This document shows, one piece after another, positions 59,648-64,000 of a stretch of 64,000 nucleotides of DNA; positions within the stretch are counted from its first letter, which is position 1, and each line of letters starts with the position of its first letter. The translations under genes were made by a program, and so were the position numbers. The stretch lies in contig CM059432.1 of assembly GCA_030390025.1 (NCBI GenBank), forward strand, positions 34,350,001 to 34,414,000. The letters are read 5' to 3'. Under the pieces are notes generated by a model. The model did not search any database, had not been told where the DNA came from, and worked only from the letters and a program-made list of their open reading frames with translations. The stretch is from Squalus acanthias. Lineage: Eukaryota.

Positions 59648-60931
59648 ACCGAATTTCTCCTACTTGTGTCTGTCTTCATGGAAGAAGACGCAAAAAACAT
59701 TCCGGAAATTGTGGAGAACCAAGGGACTAGTGAGAATGAGGACCTGAAAGAAATTAGCATGAGTAAGGAAATAGTACTGGAGAAATTAATGGGACTGAAA
59801 GCAGATAAACCCCCCGGACCTGATGGCCTACATCCTAGGGTTTTAAATGAGGTGACTGTAGAGATAGTGGATGCATTGGTTGTCATTTTCCAAAATTCCA
59901 TAGATTCTGGAACGGTTCCCACGGATTGAAAGGTAGCAAATGTAACCCCACTATTGAAGAAAGGAGGGAGAGAGAAAATGGAGAACTACAGACCAGTTAG
60001 CCTGACATCAGTAGTAGGGAAAATGCTAGAATCTATTATTAAGGACGTGGTAACAGGGCACTTGGAAAGTAATAATAGGATTGGGCAGAGTCAACACAGA
60101 TTTATGAAAGGGAAATTGTGTTTGACTAATCTGTTAGAGTAATTTGAGGTTGTAACTAGCAGAATAGATAAGGGGGAGCCAGTGGATGTGGTGTATTTCT
60201 ATTTTCAGATGGCATTCAATAAGGTGCCACACAAGAGGTTATTAAAAAAATTAGGGCTCATGGTATTGGGGGTTATATACTAGCATGGATTAAGGATTGG
60301 TTAACGGACAGAAAACAGAGAATAGGAATAAATGGGTCATTTTCGGGTTGGCAGGCTGTAACTAGTGGGGTACCGCAAGGATCAGTGCTTGGGCCTCAGC
60401 TATTCACAATCTACATCAATGATTTGGATGAGGGGACCAAATGTAATATATCCAAGTTTGCTGAAGATACAAAGCTAGGTGGGAATATAAGTTGTGAGGA
60501 GGATGCAAAGAGGCTGCAAGGGGATATAGACAGGTTAAGCGAGTGGGCAAGAACATGGCACATGGAATATAATGTGGAGAAATGTGAAATTATCCACTTT
60601 GGTAGGAAAAATAGAAAAGCAGAGTATTTTTTAAATAGTGAGAGATTGGGAAATGTTGGTGTTCAGAGGGACCTGGGTGTCCTTGTACATGAATCGCTGA
60701 AAGTTAATATGCAGGTACAGCAAGCAATTAGGAAAGCAAATGGTATGTTGGCCTTTATTACAAAAGGATTTGAGTATAAGAGTAAAGACATCTTACTGCA
60801 ATTATATAGGGCCCTGGTGAGACCACACCTGGAGTATTGTGTACAGTTTTGGTCTCCTCACCTAAGGAAGGATATACTTGCCATAGAGGGAGTGCAACGA
60901 AGGTTCACCAGACTGATTCCTGGGTAGGGGG

Positions 60932-62584
60932 TGGAAGGGGTTTGCGTGGCTCTGTGCTTAGCCTGGGTGCTAGTGCGGGGTTAGGCCTTGTTGCCTGTTC
61001 TGGTCTCCAGCCAGCCTGGTAACACTAGACACCTGTGAGTGGTTCGACCCACTCGCCCTTACGGTTCTGACACTGGACTTAGGTGCGAGAGCAATAATGC
61101 AGAGAAAAACTCAGGTAGACCCGGTTGAATAGTGCGAAATGGAAAATCTTTATTGCATATTATTCAAGATTACGAAATACATGTCATAAGCACAGATTAA
61201 TGACAGTACAAACTTACATACATTTATGCAACTAGGTTTAGGGAAACGAGGAGCACACGACACATCGTAAAAGGGGACACACATTATAATTATCCTTAAA
61301 ACATAAACCCTCCCCTATCAATACCTGTCCTAATCTAGATTTGTAGGACCGAGACTCATGCTCACCACTCGTGATAACTCGAGAATTCCGAAACTCTGCT
61401 CGGATGTTTTCACCGCAGCACCTGACTATCCACGTGTTGATCAGGGGTCTCTGTACCCCACTTGTTTACTCGCTTCTGCTCCGGCTAGCAGGCTGGACCG
61501 TCTGCTGTCATGAAGATCTGTGTTGACCTCGGACTCCCGATACAGTTCGAAGACGAGTCTTACTGTGCTCAACACCAGTTGTCGGTAGAACTCGAAGAAT
61601 AGTCTTCTCGGGCCAGTTCGTGCAGTATCCTGTAGAATTCAAAAATGGTCCTTATATTTTGAGGCGCGGTTGGGGTTTACTGACCGCGGCGGCACGTGTA
61701 GTCGTCTTCTTCTCTTCTCATCTCATCTCATATCATCTCATCTCATCTCGGGCCTTCAGATCCGACACCGTTTACCGACTTCTCGGGATGGTGCGCCCGC
61801 TTACTGACCTACACAGTCCAGTTCTCCACAGATCTTCGCGGCAAGCCACGAGGTTGACTCCCGGAAAATCAGCGGATCAGAGAATGAGAGTCCAGAGCTC
61901 CGGTCGGTGGTAAAGAATAAGAGCACGATGAACAGCCAGAGGATAAGAGAAAGATGGACGTTTGGACACTACAGTTTATAGTACTGTAATTCCTTATCTC
62001 CCGCCCAATCTTTAATGTTCATCTTTTGTCATGTTTTGGCGCTCAAACTTCTTGTATGGGGTGGTACTTGTCGTTAATGGGTTACGGTGACACTTGTAAC
62101 TGTCTGAGTACCCGTTAATATTTCTCCCATTGTGGAACCGGCTAGTAGTCTCCCTGGAGGGGTTTTGGGGGCTTCCAAATGCTTGCTGTGAGTACCCGCG
62201 AACGGCTCTCTCATCGTAGAGCCGTGGGGAATTTGCATATCAATGTCTTTGGATGGGTCCTTGATCGCCCAGTACAATAGCCCTCGTTTGTACCTGGAAA
62301 ACCGATTCCAGTATTTATGTTTAAAATGCAAACCCATCGCGTCTTGTCATTATCTCAAATGTGCTGAGTCCTGTCCGATCTTGCTGAAATGTTTATTGAA
62401 AACGCCATCTTGTCTGCCTACTGAAAGTCTAGAACCTTCTGCCACGAGGCGTGGCGGCCATTTTACAGGCTGTTTGTGTCCGTTTTGAAACCTGACAGCA
62501 TTCTGCTGAAATAAAGCTGTTTGTACGAAACTTTATGTCTCCTTCTCATTATTATAAAATCGCGATAATTTTGCGAATTCTACA
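60932..62584 (-). mobile_element. Large solo LTR-like insertion (1653 bp)
   Basis: TG...CA termini, 4-bp TSD GGGG, minus-strand AATAAA near 61149-61154, no recognisable ORF; left boundary ambiguous inside a G-run. Confidence 0.65.
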
Positions 62585-62877
62585 GGGGATTGTCCTGAGG
62601 AGAGATTGAGTAGACTGGGCCTGTATTCTCTAGAGTTTAGAGGAATGAGAGGTGATCTCATTGAAACATACACAATTCTTACAGGGCTTGACAGGGTAGA
62701 TGCAGGGAGGATGTTTCCCCTGGCTGGGGAGTCTAGAACCAGGGGTCACAGTCTCAGAATAAGATGTCAGCCATTTAGAACTGAGATGAGGAAACATTTC
62801 TTCACTCAGAGGGTGGTGAATCTTTGGAATTTTCTACCCCATAGGCTGTGGATGCTCAGTCGTTGAGTATATTCAAG

Positions 62878-63065
62878 ATGCGGAGATGCCGGTGTTGGAC
62901 TGGGGTGGACAAAAATGAGAAGTCGCACAACACCAGGTTATAGTCCAACAGTTTTATTTGAAATCACAAGCTTTCGGAGCTGTTGCTCCTTCGTCGGGTG
63001 AAGTCGACGAAGGAGCAACAGCTCCGAAAGCTTGTGATTTCAAATAAAACTGTTGGACTATAACC
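62878..63065. mobile_element. 188-bp Penelope-like hairpin insertion (second family)
   Basis: 13-bp TSD GAGTATATTCAAG; perfect 61-bp arms 62936-62996 / 63005-63065; minus-strand tcac-CCGACGA-A-ggagc-aaca-gctcc-GAAA-gc-TT-gtga. Confidence 0.82.
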
Positions 63066-63235
63066 GAGTATATTCAAGGCAGAGATCGATAGATTTTTGG
63101 ATATTAAGGGATATGGGGATAGTGCAGGAAAGTGAAGTTGAGGTAGAAGATCAGCCATGATCTTATTGAATGGCGGAGCAGGCTCGAAGGGCTAAATGGC
63201 CTAATCTTGCTCCTATTTTTTATGTTCTTATGTCT

Positions 63236-64000
63236 CCTCCAAGGCGATAAGGTGAGGCTAGGAATGGGAGATGTGCCTTGTAATTGATACAGATTGTTGG
63301 TAGGTGAGTGATGGCGGGTGCGGCGGGGGGCGGTGGGAGTCGTGCACTGAGCAGTGTGTGAGGCTAGTGATGCACTTGTTAGGAGACGGCTTTTGAAGAT
63401 GCATTCACTGATATTGACCAGTGGTCTCAGGTCATGAAGCTTCTTTGGGCACTGTGACCAGGTGGTGGGAGTGACACTGCTGGTAGTGAGGGCTTTAGTG
63501 ATGTGGTTCCACAATGTTCTTTCTGGAGGACGTTCTGGCCCCTGTGGGTAGAGCAACTCTCTTGCAGTGTTGATCCCCTGCACAAAACTGGAGTGCTGCG
63601 TGCGAGACCCTGGGTGCCCATTCCCTGGCTTGCTGGGCTATTTGTGTTCATGCTGAAGCACTTTTACCATTGTTTTAGATGTGAAAGACAATTCAGCTTT
63701 AAGAGCTGAAGACTGCCATTTGGGAATTATTTTTAATGTTTATGTTTACTGTGAAAGGCAGTAAGGGCTGAAAATGCATTTTTTCACTTGATTTTAATTT
63801 TTATTAATTTTGAATGCATTGCCCCTTTTGTTTGTAGCCCCTTTAATTGCTCACAATGGCTTGCGAACTCCACAGCCTCGCTCCCAAAGGCTGTAAGAAG
63901 CAGCAACGCCGACTGTGGACGGGAACTTCAGGTCGAAGGCCTGCATTAACGCCACCAGGAGGGCGTTGCACAGTAACTTAGTGCTGCGCTCCACATCGCC
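63236..64000 (-). mobile_element. Degenerate Harbinger Myb exon 1 region, running off the window
   Basis: RELLYPQG..RPP..LWNHI..TWSQCPKKLHDL resembles the Myb exon 1 of H1 and H2. Confidence 0.6.

Larger units (their letters stand above)
56666..59663 (+). mobile_element. Right half of a Harbinger (decayed Myb gene on minus strand, ~58620-56772); TIR interrupted by a PLE insertion
   Basis: RFMDGALEALV..WREVAQEV..QCRRKFNDL; C-terminus similar to H2 Myb (AGPSRPR); end ggggcgacaccgaatttctcc. Confidence 0.85.
59664..63233 (+). mobile_element. CR1 'CR1-G' (59664-60931, 62585-62877, 63066-63233)
   Basis: RT ORFs; rejoins across the LTR and PLE insertions; (TTCTTATG)n tail. Confidence 0.88.

Noticed and set aside
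61631..62584. 10-bp inverted repeat TGTAGAATTC / GAATTCTACA suggesting a nested element
   Set aside because: No TSD (atcc versus gggg); treated as internal to the LTR-like insertion

Overview
Repeat-dominated vertebrate genomic DNA, most likely from a cartilaginous fish (inferred from an HE1/V-SINE-like element, Deu-type SINEs and abundant esterase-ORF1 CR1 LINEs). No host gene could be identified with confidence; only a few weak candidate exons were seen. The window is a deeply nested stack of mobile elements. One full-length CR1 (minus strand, ~2962-23710) has been stretched to ~21 kb by five insertions. Other contents: a CR1 with an uninterrupted 983-aa ORF2; an apparently intact autonomous two-gene PIF/Harbinger transposon (18733-23043; 408-aa DDE transposase plus a spliced 448-aa Myb/SANT protein) with decayed relatives and MITEs; two solo LTRs; an L2; SINEs; and a 5.5-kb CpG-rich 15-bp minisatellite with higher-order structure. 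Three observations stand out. (1) Three small Penelope-like insertions have 12-13 bp TSDs and minimal hammerhead-ribozyme motifs; two are fold-back hairpins and share a stem that encloses the integration boundary. (2) Harbinger insertions show non-canonical W-W-W TSDs and a shared (C)TTTGTGTC-like target, and one CR1 ORF2 position is hit repeatedly. (3) A composite insertion is bounded by outward-facing CR1 3' tails at both junctions.
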